Translations under genes and position numbers: made by a program | In this document: positions 21,925-33,183 of the stretch, in pieces | How positions within the stretch are numbered: position 1 is the first letter of the stretch | Layout: each line of letters opens with the position of its first letter | Assembly (NCBI RefSeq): GCF_000142905.1 | Contig: NW_013657662.1 | Span: 124,001 to 188,000, forward strand | DNA: 64,000 nt | Direction of reading: 5' to 3' | DNA from: Thecamonas trahens ATCC 50062 | Taxonomy: Eukaryota; Protista; Apusomonadida | The notes under the pieces: model-generated | What the model was told of the DNA's origin: nothing | Databases searched by the model: none | The model's input: the letters and a program-made list of their open reading frames with translations, nothing else

Positions 21925-22024
21925 NNNNNNNNNNNNNNNNNNNNNNNNNNNNNNNNNNNNNNNNNNNNNNNNNNNNNNNNNNNNNNNNNNNNNNNNNNNN
22001 NNNNNNNNNNNNNNNNNNNNNNNN
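21925..22024. other. Assembly gap (100 N, true size unknown)
   Basis: Run of N; the flanking genes are incomplete on both sides. Confidence 1.
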
Positions 22025-23795
22025 CCGCAGATTTGCTGGCGATGACGCCGTGCGCGCCGCGGAGGTGCGGGCGCCGGTGGATGACGCCGTCGAGGATGCC
22101 GCCGAGGCCGCGACCGGCGGCGAGCGGCCGAGCAAGAAGAAGCGCAAGTCGCTCGATGGCGCAGCCGCGGCGCGGACAAAGGCTGCGGCGCGGGCGATGG
22201 ACACGTACGTCGAGTGGCTCGGCGATCGGTTCGAGGAGTACCAGGCGCTGCTGGCCGAGCTGGTAGTCAAGGCCAACGCATGCCTCAAGATCCCGGCACT
22301 GGACATGCTGTTCAAGCACCTCCGACGCGCGCTCAGGACGCGGCTGCCGTCTCTGTTTGCGCGCACAAGCGTGGCGCACAGCGTCGTCCCGCGGGACCTC
22401 CTCGCCCGGGTCATCAACGCCATCATTGGCGCGGTTGGCGCTCCGCCGGTCCTCGCCGATGCTGACGTCGACGCCTTTGCCTACGCCGCGCTCCTCGGCC
22501 CGCGGCTCGCACAGCCGTTTGACGAGTTCCTGCTCGGCTCCGCCGATGACCTCCGCGCCTTTGTGCTGCAGACGCTAGCCGAGCTCCCGGACGCGCTGCT
22601 GGCGTCCGAGCCCGCCGTAGGCTTTGTCATTGACCGGCTGCAAGCCGTCGCCGGCCTCATTCCGGCCACCAACGACGACATGCAGGAGTTCATCCTCCCG
22701 GCCGTGGCGCATGGCGGCGAGCCGGGTAAGGCTGCTGCCGGCAAGCGCAAGCGCAAGCGGTCGTCATCGGAAGCCAAGCCGTTGCGCGGCTCGGCTGTCA
22801 CCGCCAAGGACGTGCGCAAGGCGTACGAGCGGGCCTGGCGCAAAGCGGTCTCGGCGCAGGCTCTCACGCCTGCTCTCTACAAGGCCATCCTCGAGACGTT
22901 CCCAGAGACCATCCTTGCCAACGTGCTCAAGCCGCTGACCTGGCTCGACTTTCTGGCCCACGCCTACGAGCAGCCCGGCATCGTCGCCGTCCTCGCCCTC
23001 TCGGGCATGCACGAGCTCATCACCAAGTACAACCTCGAGTACCCGCAGTTCTACGCCAAGCTCTACTCGCTCCTCACGCCAGCCGTCTTGTATGCCAAGT
23101 ACCGCGCCCGCTTCTTCAAGCTGGTGCACAAGTTCATGCGCTCTACTTACCTCCCGCACTACCTCGTCGCCGCCTTTATCAAGCGTCTGGCTCGCCTGGC
23201 GCTCTCGGCGCCGCCGCAGGGTGCGCTCCTCGCCATCCAGCTCATCTTCAACATGATGACGAACAACCCGGCGACTGTCGCCCTCGTCCATCGCCCCGAG
23301 TTTGTGGCCCGCGTCGCAGGCTCCGGCCCGCTCGGGCCCGACTCGGCCGGTGCCGACCCGTTCGACGAGTCCGAAAACGATCCCGCCAAGACCAACGCCC
23401 AGGCCTCGTCTCTGTGGGAGCTGCAGGCTCTCGAGCATCACTACTCGCCCACCGTCGCACGTTCCGCGCGCGTCTTCCGCACCCTCGAAGAAGAGAAAGC
23501 CTACAAGGTCCGCAAGCGCAACCACGCCGCGCGCCAAACCGCAGCCCTCGACTCGGCGCTCAACACCTCGTACGCCACTCTCATCGCTGTTGAGCTCAAG
23601 CATCGCCCGCGCGTCAAGGTCAAGGGCACAAAGAAGAAGGCGCACGTCGCCGTCGCGCTCTCCCACATCCGCCCGAGAACCCTCTTCTCCGATCGCGAGC
23701 GCTCCGCCGTCTTTGCGCCCTTTGTCCTCGCCGCCCCTGCCTCGCTCGAGCCGATTGCCGCCGCCGCCGGAAGCGATGTCGAGCCCGAGCCGTAA
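22025..23795 (+). CDS. NOC4: Nucleolar complex protein 4 (CBF/Mak21 family), 5' end in the gap
   Basis: NLEYPQFYAKLYSLL, YRARFFKL...STYLPHYLVAAFIKRLARLAL, DPF...DPAKTNAQASSLWEL...HHYSPTVA. Confidence 0.9.
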
Positions 23796-24089
23796 TAGAC
23801 CAGTGCCGTGTGACACTGCTGCCAACCTTGTCGTCGCTGCCCTCCCCCCCCCCCCCCCCCCCCCCCCCCCCAAAACCGGGGGGCACCTGCACGCCAATTT
23901 CCGTTTCCATGCTTTCCGCCACTTCCAACAACCACTTGGCGACACGCCCTTCCACACCACTTCCTCGTCGCTCTCTTCCGTGGCAGCTCCGTCAGCCCTC
24001 CCCCCCCCCCTCCCCTCCTCCTCCTCCTCCTCCCCTCCCTTCGTCACCACCACCATCACTGCATTCCTTCCATACACCTGCCCATCCTC

Positions 24090-27082
24090 ATGGACACCAG
24101 GGCCACCGTCGCTCTCGTGGCGGACAACCTCTCGCCGGCCGAGGCGAATGCAGCACTGCGGCAGCAATTGGCCGTTCTGCAGACGGAACGGACCGTGTTC
24201 CAAGAGCAAGTTGCTGTGACGCTTGCCTCTGTTTTATCCGAGCGCCACAGCTTGGAGGCGAGCGCAGCCGCGGCTGCTGAACGCGGACAGGTCCTCCGTC
24301 GCTATGTTGAGCTTGTCACCGAGCGCCGCATCATGGCCGCCAATGTCGCAGCCAAGTTGACCGAGCTGGAACAGGTCAATGTCGCGCTCGGCGAAACTGT
24401 CGAGCTGCTCGAGGGTAACGCCGCGCTCCGCGCCTCGCTCGATGGCATCCACTCGCATACTCGGACCTTGCGCTCTCTGGCAAAGCGGGGCAGAACTCGA
24501 CGACATCAGCGCCGCCACCGCTGCCGCCGGCGCACGTGGCTGCCTCGTCGCATCGCTCGTCGTCGTCGTCGGGCTCGGGCTCGTGCTCGTCCTCGGCAGT
24601 CATTTCGGCATCGCTTCGTGAGGCCTCCGAGCTGCACGCCTCGCTGGTGGCTGCCCGCGTCGCCCATCGCGACATCCAGATGAAGCGCGACGCACTCGCG
24701 GTCACGGCCGCCGAGCTCACCGCCGACGCAGGTGTTCTGCGGGCCAAGCTCGACGCGTTGCGCGAGGCACGAGCGCAACTTTGCTCGGCCCGCACCGAGA
24801 ACGTGCTTCTTCGCCAGAGCCGAGACAAGCTCGCGCGACAAGTTCAGCTGGCCAAGGCCCAGCTGCGCGACGCCGCCGCTGACGCCGGCACACCCGACGC
24901 TGCCGCCGAGAGCTTGGAGCTCCGCCGCCAGCATCGCGTCCATCTCGCCACCTCGTTCCAGCTCACCGAAGCCATTGCCGCCGTCAAGACCGACGCTGCT
25001 GCCGCCGATGACACCGCGGCGGCGCTGCAAGCCGAGCTTGCCGAAGCCATCGCCTCCCACACCAAGCACACCATGACTGTCCGCCGGCTCAAGCGTGCCA
25101 CCTCTGGTCTACAGGCCCGCAAGTACGCGCTGCAGTCCGAGGTCATCGCCGGCGTTGGCGAGAAGAACGAACTCATCCTCACCCTGGAGGAGCTTGCTGC
25201 TGCCGCCGCCGACTTGCACAACGCGGAGGAAGACCACGACGCGCTGCGCGCCGAGTGCGTTGCTGAGCTCGCTCGTAACCGCGAACTCGATGCTGCGGTA
25301 GGCGCCAAGCTTGCCGCTCGCAACGCTGCAGCTGCAGACTCTCCGTCGCCGCTTTCGCCGCTCGCCAGCGCGCCGGAGACCAGCCAGCCCGTTCCGCCAC
25401 AGCAAGCCAAGCGTCGCTCATTTGTCGGGCCCGAGATCGAGGCCAAGCTTCGCGAGCTCATTGCTCCCGAACCCGTGCCGCTCGCCGACGGCCCTGCTCC
25501 TCGCCCGCACCCAGACGTGACGAAGGTTTCGGCGCAGTCGCTCTTTGACGCCGCCGCTGCTGTCGCGGCGTCGGAGACATCAGAGGCACCGCTTCACCGG
25601 ATGTTGTGGGACGGCGGGGTGGAGGAGCTGACGGGAGCGTCGTCGATGTCTTCTGAGTCGCCCGAGACCTCGCACGCCGCCGTCACCGCCAACTCGCTCT
25701 CGGCAGGCTCTGCGCACGGCGTCTGCTCGGCGTCTTCGGGCTCGGGCTCGTCGTCGAACGCGCTCTCGGCCTCGCTCGAGCAGCGCATCAAGCATGCGAC
25801 CGTGCCACAGCTTGTCGAAATGATGACCCACCCGCGGCACGCGTACCTCGACCTTGTACAGGCCTTCCTCCTCACCTTTCGCGAGTTTTGCTCTCCGCTC
25901 GAGTTCCTCGAACTCCTCATCATGCGGTTCTGCGTCACGCCACCGCTCCGGTCTGACGCGGCGCGGTTCACCACTCGCGTCCTCACACCCATCCGGCTGC
26001 GGGTCTTCAACTTGCTCAAGATGTGGCTCACAAGGTTCCCGGCCGATTTTGGCCACGTGGCCGCGCCAGAGCTCACTGCTATGCTCAACGACTTTGTCAC
26101 TCGAGTCATGCCTGCTACCGGCATGGAGGTCGCGTCGCGCAAGCTTGCAGACCTGCTCGACGCCGCTGTGGCCACCGAGGCCTCGGCGTCGATTACCTCG
26201 ATCAGAGTGGCCGAGGACTCGTGCCCGGCCGTGCGCGGCGCGCTCGCAGCGCTCGCAGCGCCTGACGCCGGCGTGCGGACCGAGGCTGACGGCTCGGATG
26301 TCATCGACCTCGGCGCCGCACCCAAGAAGCGCATCCGCGAGCTGGCCTATGCGCTCTCCATGATGGAGGAAGTGCTCTTCCGCTCGATTCCCGAGACCGA
26401 GTTTGTCAACCTCGCGTGGTCATCGGCTGACAAGGAGCGCCGCGCACCGCACCTCCTCCGCATGATCCGGTTCTCCGGCCGGGTCACACGCGGCGTCCAG
26501 TTCCTGGTCCTCCGCGCTGCTGGTGTCCGCGCCCGCGCCAAGGCTCTTCGAAAAGCCATTCTCCTTCTTGACGCACTCATGGGCGTCAACAACTTTAACG
26601 GCGCCATGGAGGTCATGGCCGCACTCAACTCGGCCGCGCTCCGCTCACGCTCGCTCAAGCGGGTGTGGGCCAAGCTTCCGTCGTCGGCGACGTCGCTCTT
26701 TGACGACCACGCCGCCACTCTCTCGCACCAGGGCTCATACAAGGAACTCCGCTCGGCGCTTGCCGCAGCCGACCCGCCGCTTATTCCCTTTGTCGGCATG
26801 TTCCTCACCGACCTCACCTTTATCGCTGGCTCTCGCTCTCCGCTCCCGCCGCCGGCCGCCGGCATCGACGCCCACGTCAACATGGCCAAGTGGTACAAGT
26901 ACGCCAAGTCCATCGGACTCATCACCCGCCTCCAGGCCATGGGCTACTCCTCGGATCGCAGCGCCAAACTCCCATCCGAGCGCGCTGTCTGGGAGTGGGC
27001 CGCCGCCATCTCTCACACCGATCGTACCCTCTCCACCGACACCGAGCTCTTTGCCCTCGCCGATGCCCGTGCCGATGCGTGA
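24090..27082 (+). CDS. RasGEF (N-terminal coiled coil + REM + CDC25); frame change between about 24415 and 24530
   Basis: AFLLTFREFCSPLEFLELLIMRF, RLRVFNLLKMWL, NNFNGAMEVMAALNSA, PPLIPFVGMFLTDLTFI. The 5' ORF joins by a possible 71-nt intron (24415-24485) or a -1 shift. Confidence 0.85.
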
Positions 27083-27346
27083 TGACCCTCTGCATCACCG
27101 TCCATTTGTTTGCGACGTGATCCAGAGCCCATCCCCGCCCGCCGCCCATCCGCCTATCTCAATGAACTGTGCTTCCTTTCCGCATCGCCCAGACCTGCCA
27201 GCGGCGTCGAGCGGCAATGCGGCGTGCGCGTGACTCTTAACCGCAAACCGACCTCACCCCACTCCCTCCCCTCCCACCTCCTTCCCCACCCACCCCACCC
27301 TTCCCCGCACCACCCCACTCCATCCCATTCCACTCCACGCCACTAC

Positions 27347-29380
27347 ATGTCGTCGGTCCCGCGGTCGGCGGGCCCAGACTCCGGGCCAACCGCGGCCAGC
27401 CCAGGCCTCTCGCCGGGCACGGTGTGGACACGCGACGGGCAAGCGACGACAACAGCCACGTACATCCCGCCACAAGACCACATCGTCTCGTCGCTCCCGC
27501 GGCAGCAGGTCACCGTCCACATCTCGCCGCGGCGCAAGCGCATCATCTCGGCCAACGCCCCGGCTGCCCCACAAGCCGGAGGCCCCGAGTCGAGCCACCC
27601 ACATCGCCGCCCACGCTCCCACCGCCGCCAGCAGCCGCAGCAAGGCCAACCGCTGCTCCAGCCGCACGGCACGGTCGTGCTCGGCCTCTCACCAAACTCG
27701 ATGGGGGGCGGGCCCGGCCCGTCGCTCATGCCGAGCTACGGGAGTGGTCCGGGCGCCGCGGCGGTGGCAGCTGCAGCAGGCTCGCCCATGTGGGCGGGAG
27801 GCCGCGGTGGCGCGCAGGTCGATCCGCGGACCTCGCGCACGTCGCTCTCGGCGGTCTCGGACATCTCGGCGGCACACGGTGGCGGGTACCGCAACCCTCT
27901 GCAGCTACCTCCTGAGCCACAGCTCTACACCGCTGACGACGATATCTACGCTATCCCGCTGAGCGAGGCGTGGGCTGACCACGTCAACGTCGACCTAGGT
28001 GCGGTCTTTGTTCTCCTCGCATCGCTCGCTCTGGCGTGCCTGGTGTACGGGCTTGCGAGCGAGTGGTACGCGCTCAAGGAGCGCGGTGACGTGCCATCGG
28101 CGTCGGACAACACCATTCACATGGTCTACTCTTGGTTTGCGGTGACGACTCGCGTCTGGGTCTCGACCGGATCGCGCGCCCTCTTTCCCTATCCGGCCGT
28201 CCGCACCCTGCTCCGTCAAGTCATGGCCCTTGTTCTCACTGCTGGTGTCATGGCACTTGTCGTTCTTTTCACTGGCGGCATCTCGTTCTGCGCCCGGCTC
28301 TCGCTCCGTCGGTCGCGGGCGCGGTCGGCGGCGGTCGCCTCGGCACTGGCCGCCACGCTCTGTGTTGCCGCCGCCATTGCGGCCATCCTTCTCTTTCGCG
28401 CCGAGTTTGCGTCTGCGGCGTCGTCGGACAACATGTGCGGCCCGACAGTTCCCGATGTGTCGCAGACGTACTGCGGGGCGTTCTCGGGCTCGAGCGAGTC
28501 TGCGGCAGCTCGCCGGGCATGGGGGCCCGGCGCTGGTTTTGGTGCCGCTGCTCTCGGCGCCGCGCTTGTCTTTGGCTCAATGATTCTCGGGCTGTGGTGG
28601 GATGAGCCGCGTGGTGCCCTCGCGGCCACCATCCTCGCCGCTGTTGCCATCGCCACCTTTGCCGTTGCGGTCGCTGACGACTGGATGGTTTACGAGGTCG
28701 AGCTGCACGAGTTGCCTGGAGTGACGCTGCCCGAGTTCCGAGTTAACCAGACCCGGTTCCGTGTCCTCGACGTTCTCCTCACCGAGGAAGTGTACAAGCC
28801 CGACGACCGAGTCAGTCACCTAATGCGGCTGCTGCACTCTGTCTTTGCCCTCGAGCTGGCGGCGGCTGGGTCTGGCGCACTCGCGCTGGCCTGCTGCTGG
28901 CTGGCGTACATCAAGGTGCTTAACCTGAGGACTGGGTGCCTAGGCCTCCACGCCGTCGTATTTGCGCTCTGTGCGCAGGTCATGTGCGTGGCGCTCGGCC
29001 TCGCCGGGTTAGCCTTTTTTGCCATCGAATACCCGTCAGCGGCCGAGGCCGACAACGCGTGCACCCGGCAGCGCTCGCTCGCTGACAAGGCAGTTCTCCC
29101 CGGATGCTCATTCATCGGCTCAGCAGTCCTGGCGCCCGACGCTCAACACGGCACGCGGACACTCTCCTGGGGCGCCGGCGCTGGGTACTGGGTCACGCTC
29201 GCAGGCTGCGTCTTGCAGCTGGCGTCGATGGTGGTTCTCGGCCTCCGCCGCAAGCGCGAGTCAGAGCGCCAGGCCCGCCCGCTCCTCATCGCCTCGCTCG
29301 GCATGTCCGGCAAGGAGGCGCGGCGGCGGACCAAGTCCAAGAGCGCCTCGGGCTACGGCAAGCCACGGCGGTACGTGTAG
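27347..29380 (+). CDS. Polytopic membrane protein with two tandem claudin/PMP22-like 4-TM modules
   Basis: About 8 hydrophobic helices; each module has TM1 followed by W (SEWY / DDWM), a Cys pair in the second loop and a WGxGAG(F/Y) motif before TM4; long disordered N-terminus. Confidence 0.6.
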   Translation: MSSVPRSAGPDSGPTAASPGLSPGTVWTRDGQATTTATYIPPQDHIVSSLPRQQVTVHISPRRKRIISANAPAAPQAGGPESSHPHRRPRSHRRQQPQQGQPLLQPHGTVVLGLSPNSMGGGPGPSLMPSYGSGPGAAAVAAAAGSPMWAGGRGGAQVDPRTSRTSLSAVSDISAAHGGGYRNPLQLPPEPQLYTADDDIYAIPLSEAWADHVNVDLGAVFVLLASLALACLVYGLASEWYALKERGDVPSASDNTIHMVYSWFAVTTRVWVSTGSRALFPYPAVRTLLRQVMALVLTAGVMALVVLFTGGISFCARLSLRRSRARSAAVASALAATLCVAAAIAAILLFRAEFASAASSDNMCGPTVPDVSQTYCGAFSGSSESAAARRAWGPGAGFGAAALGAALVFGSMILGLWWDEPRGALAATILAAVAIATFAVAVADDWMVYEVELHELPGVTLPEFRVNQTRFRVLDVLLTEEVYKPDDRVSHLMRLLHSVFALELAAAGSGALALACCWLAYIKVLNLRTGCLGLHAVVFALCAQVMCVALGLAGLAFFAIEYPSAAEADNACTRQRSLADKAVLPGCSFIGSAVLAPDAQHGTRTLSWGAGAGYWVTLAGCVLQLASMVVLGLRRKRESERQARPLLIASLGMSGKEARRRTKSKSASGYGKPRRYV

Positions 29381-29429
29381 CAGCGCGAGCTCGTTTTACG
29401 CGACACACTAAACATGTTCTCGCTCTGCT

Positions 29430-32400
29430 TCAGTCAGTCTGTGATGTGATAGCCGCCATCCACGTCGCCCGCTCGTCGTCGTCAGCAGCGAAGAACCGGT
29501 ACGTCCGCCGCTGCTCGTGGTAGATCTCAAAGGCACAGTCCTTGCCCCACACAGACTTGTCGACAGCCTGGACCGTGCAGCCGTGCAAAACAACGACGCC
29601 GGCTGGCTTTGAGTCCGACTGCGACTTGTAGTAGTAGAGGTGATCGTCGCGGCACACACACCACCGCTTTTGCCACTTGGAAGTCTTGCCGCCCGACTGC
29701 TTCTTGAGAAAGCCCGAATGCGAGACTCTCGCTGATGACGATGACGCGGGACCTGCGCCATCAGCCGCAGTGCTAACACCGCCGCTGCCGCTTGCGCTTG
29801 CATCGACTGGGTCGTCCTCGGCTCCGCTAGGGGGGTTCTGGCTTGGCGCGGCCGAGATGAGATACGCTTGCGAGGCGCGGTCGTGGTGCGCGCCAGCGAG
29901 GCGAATGATGGCGGCGTCAGGAGCGATCGGTGACAGCGCTTCGTGCGAGGTTGGCTCCTGGTCGGGAGCAGCAGGGGCGGCCGGGTTCCGGAGGGCGTGA
30001 ACGGCGGCAAGATCGGCGAGTTGCATGCGGATGGTCGAGACGACCGACGAGAGCGAAGATATGTCCGACTCGAGGTGCTTGTTGGCTGACTCGAGCGAGG
30101 CCACCTTGCGATTAAGGGCCCTGACGGTCTCCTTGAGCTTGACGTTTTCGTCGGCGATCTGGTTGATGTCGGGCGCCGGGCGGGTCCGCGGCTCAACAGC
30201 GAGCGAGCGGCGGTAGGCCTCCTCCTCGTCGAGCGCCGATTTGAGTTGACCCGAGATAAAGTCCTGGACAAGCTCGACCGGAACCAGCTGGTATCGCATA
30301 AGTTGGAACTGGCGGACGTCGCCCAGAACCTTGGCAATGAGGTCGTACTTGGCAAAGTTGATGAGGCCCTCGTCAGTTGTGTCTGGGTTCCCGTCTTCGA
30401 GAAATGTGAGGTCAGTGAGCCACATGCCGAGATACGGCACCGCCGGTGGGTCGACCTTGTTGAGCATCTTGCGGTACGCCTTGTAGTTGCCCTCGTTGGA
30501 GATGAGCGCCTCCAGGTTGGCGCGGATGCGAACGTTGCGCTTAGTCGCCTCCACCAACGCCCATGTCTGTTTGAGCCTGTGGATGGGAGTCGCCGAGAGC
30601 GAAGCAATGATGGCAAGCGTTGACGAGACGTTGTTGAGCTTGGCGCAGCCTTCGGCGACGCGAAGCGCAAACTCGATGGCCTGGGCGCGCGTGCCAACGT
30701 CGGCCTCGGACACGATGGCGTCGCGGAAGAGGCACGAGATGCCGTTGAAGAGCTCGATGGCCGAGAGCACGTTGGGCGAGTTGTCCTCGCGACCGGCCTT
30801 CGACCAGGCACAGCCCATGAGCTCGGTGAGCCGGATGCGGCAATACGCTGAGTGCTCCATGAGTGTCAGCTGGCGGGCAACCTCGAGCGGGTCGAGGTCA
30901 AAGAGCGAGCGGACGACAGCAAAGTCGGCTGGAAGCAGCGGCGGCGGCGGCGAGTCTTCACGGTGATGACCAGACGTAAAGTAGGCTTCGGCATCTGCAG
31001 ACGGACCCGAGAACCGGTCTGCGGTCTTCTCGTACGCGGTAGAGACAGCGATGGCAAGTTTGACGAGCGGCTCGTCAGAGTCGTCGGCGGCAATCGACTT
31101 GAGAAAGCCAAAGAGCGCGTCGCGGAGCGAGAGGTCGTCGAAAAAGTCAACGTAGCCCGAGGTGACCCAGAGCTTCAAGGCGTTAAGGACCCGAAACTTG
31201 ATCATGACCGAATCTTCGGGCTCCTCGTACTCAAGCGAGCCGCCAGTCTGAAAGCGCTCGATAAGGGCGGTTAGGAGCTCGTGCGACGACGCATATGACT
31301 TGTAGGTCAAAATAATGGCGTGGAGGAGGTCAATGTCAGGCGCCTTGGCGTAGGTAATCCTCTCGACGAGCTTGGTCAGGGTGGCGGCAATGACCGGCGG
31401 AACGTCATGGCCGGGCGCGAGCTTGCCGAACCGGATGTGCGTCGAGTCGCGGAGCTCTTGCGGGAGAAAGTGATCGCGATCAACCTCATCCACAAAGACC
31501 AGCCGCGAGGCATGCATGTTGCGCTCGGCCTCAGCCATGGCTGGCGAGAGCGGGGGAGGACGGACTTGGAAAACGCAGACACTAGAAAGTACGGATTGAC
31601 CGAGTACAGCGCGGTTGGGTCAAACACGAGCCGCGATGCCGCCGGATTGAACTGGTGCGGGCGGGTGAGAACCTCATTAGCCCCGTTGACCACCGGCGAG
31701 ATGTAGCCGACCCGAAGGAAGAGGTCGAGCTCGGTGGTCGCGGCGTCGCGGTCGTCTTTGAACGAGAGCACCTCGGAAGAGAGGAAGGAGACCGCGTCCG
31801 AGCCACGGAACGGGGCGTCAGAGCCAGCCACCGAGTTGAGCGACGAGACAAGCCGCTTGAGAATTGACAGGCGCTCGATTGAGGTCAGCTCGTGATCCTC
31901 GTGGATGGTGATGGCAACAGTGACCAGCGAGCCGCGGTTGGACGCCGGGCGCGGGAGGAACTTGAGCCGGCGACTTTGCAAATGCCGAGGTACGTCATGG
32001 AGATCGCCGAGTGTGCACACCACCTCGCCGATAACGTCTTGCTTTTCCAGCTCGTGCGAGTGGACATCAATGTCGTAGACCACAAACCGCATCTTGCGCT
32101 GCGGCATGTACGGAACCAGAAAGGTGGTGCGGAACTTGGGATGCAGTGAGTCGCGGATCTCCTCGGTCCGGCCGAGCTCCAGCCACTCTGCCGACTCTGC
32201 CGACCAGATGTACAGCACACACACTACATGGGTGCCGCGGAAACGAGGATGTGGTGATCATGCGATGAGTGTAGAGTGAGTGTGGGGAGGAGGTGTGCGG
32301 GGAAGAAGGCGAGCAGCTGGGGTCACTTACTTGGGTCCGACAGAGAGAACCTGTCGAGGTTGATGAGCTCGTGGGCCTGGACGTAGATCTCTAAGAGAGT

Positions 32401-32539
32401 GTGCTATGCGGTGGGTGGTGGGGGTGAGTGGGTGCATAGGGGGGAGGGGGGGGGGGGGGGGGGGGGAGGAGGGGGTGTTCGTGCTGTGTACCTGTGCAAC
32501 GGCGTCAGTGATGGTCGACATCTCCTCCGAGTCGTCCAT
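29430..32539 (-). CDS. Multidomain RasGEF: copine-type C2 + DEP-like + REM + CDC25 + coiled coil + PH; exons 32539-32492, 32403-32331, 32223-29430; needs a -1 shift at about 31570-31573
   Basis: Spliced LEIYVQAHELINLDRFSLSDPMCVLY...ELGRTEEIRDSLHPKF (copine C2A); FRGSDAVSFL (DEP-like); DPLEVARQLTLME and PAVPYLGMWLTDLTFLEDGNPD (CDC25); SGFLKKQSG...WQKRWC...WMAAI (PH). Both introns are GT-AG and phase-consistent. Confidence 0.85.
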
Positions 32540-32729
32540 GGCGACTGTACGACGGGTGTGCGTGAGAAAGCGTGAGGACTGAGTGTATGTATGTGGTATG
32601 TATGGGAATAGAGGGGGGAGGGAGGAGGGGAGGAGGGATGAGTGTCTGATACTGTTAGTGGTGGGGTGGTGGAGGTGGACCTCTGTCCGTAACGCCAATC
32701 TGTTCAGTTGGAAGGCCAACACACATGTA

Positions 32730-33010
32730 ACACACATGGCAGGCAGAGTAGGCATGACAGACAGAGTACGCATGGTACACATCGCAGACAGACTGCACAT
32801 GGTACACATCGCAGACAGACTGCACATGGTACACATCGCAGGTAGACTGCAAATGGTATACATCGCAGACTGCACATGGCAGACAGAGTACGCATCGCAC
32901 ACATACAACACATCGAACGCATCGTACACATACCACACATACCACATATACCACACATACCACACATACCACATATACCACACATACCACACGTACCACA
33001 CATCATACAG
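32730..33010. repeat. Compound minisatellite: about 4 x 27-bp (CATGGTACACATCGCAGACAGACTGCA) then about 8 x 9-bp (ATACCACAC/ATACCACAT)
   Basis: Direct tandem repeats visible at 32771-32880 and about 32925-33005; markedly lower GC than the flanking genes. Confidence 0.9.
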
Positions 33011-33183
33011 ACGCCCTCTCCCCCCTCCCCCTCCCCCCCCCCCCCCCCGCGACGATCGGATTCTCGCGCCTCTGCCAAGCCACAACCACAGGAGCAGACT
33101 AAGCCACCAACCACCCGCCACTAGAGCAGAGTCGGGCGTACGCTTACGCTTCTCTACGCATGCGTAGACGTAGACGTGCTTCC

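Noticed and set aside
21783-23795. Single 670-aa ORF spanning the N run
   Set aside because: Artefact of translating across the assembly gap.
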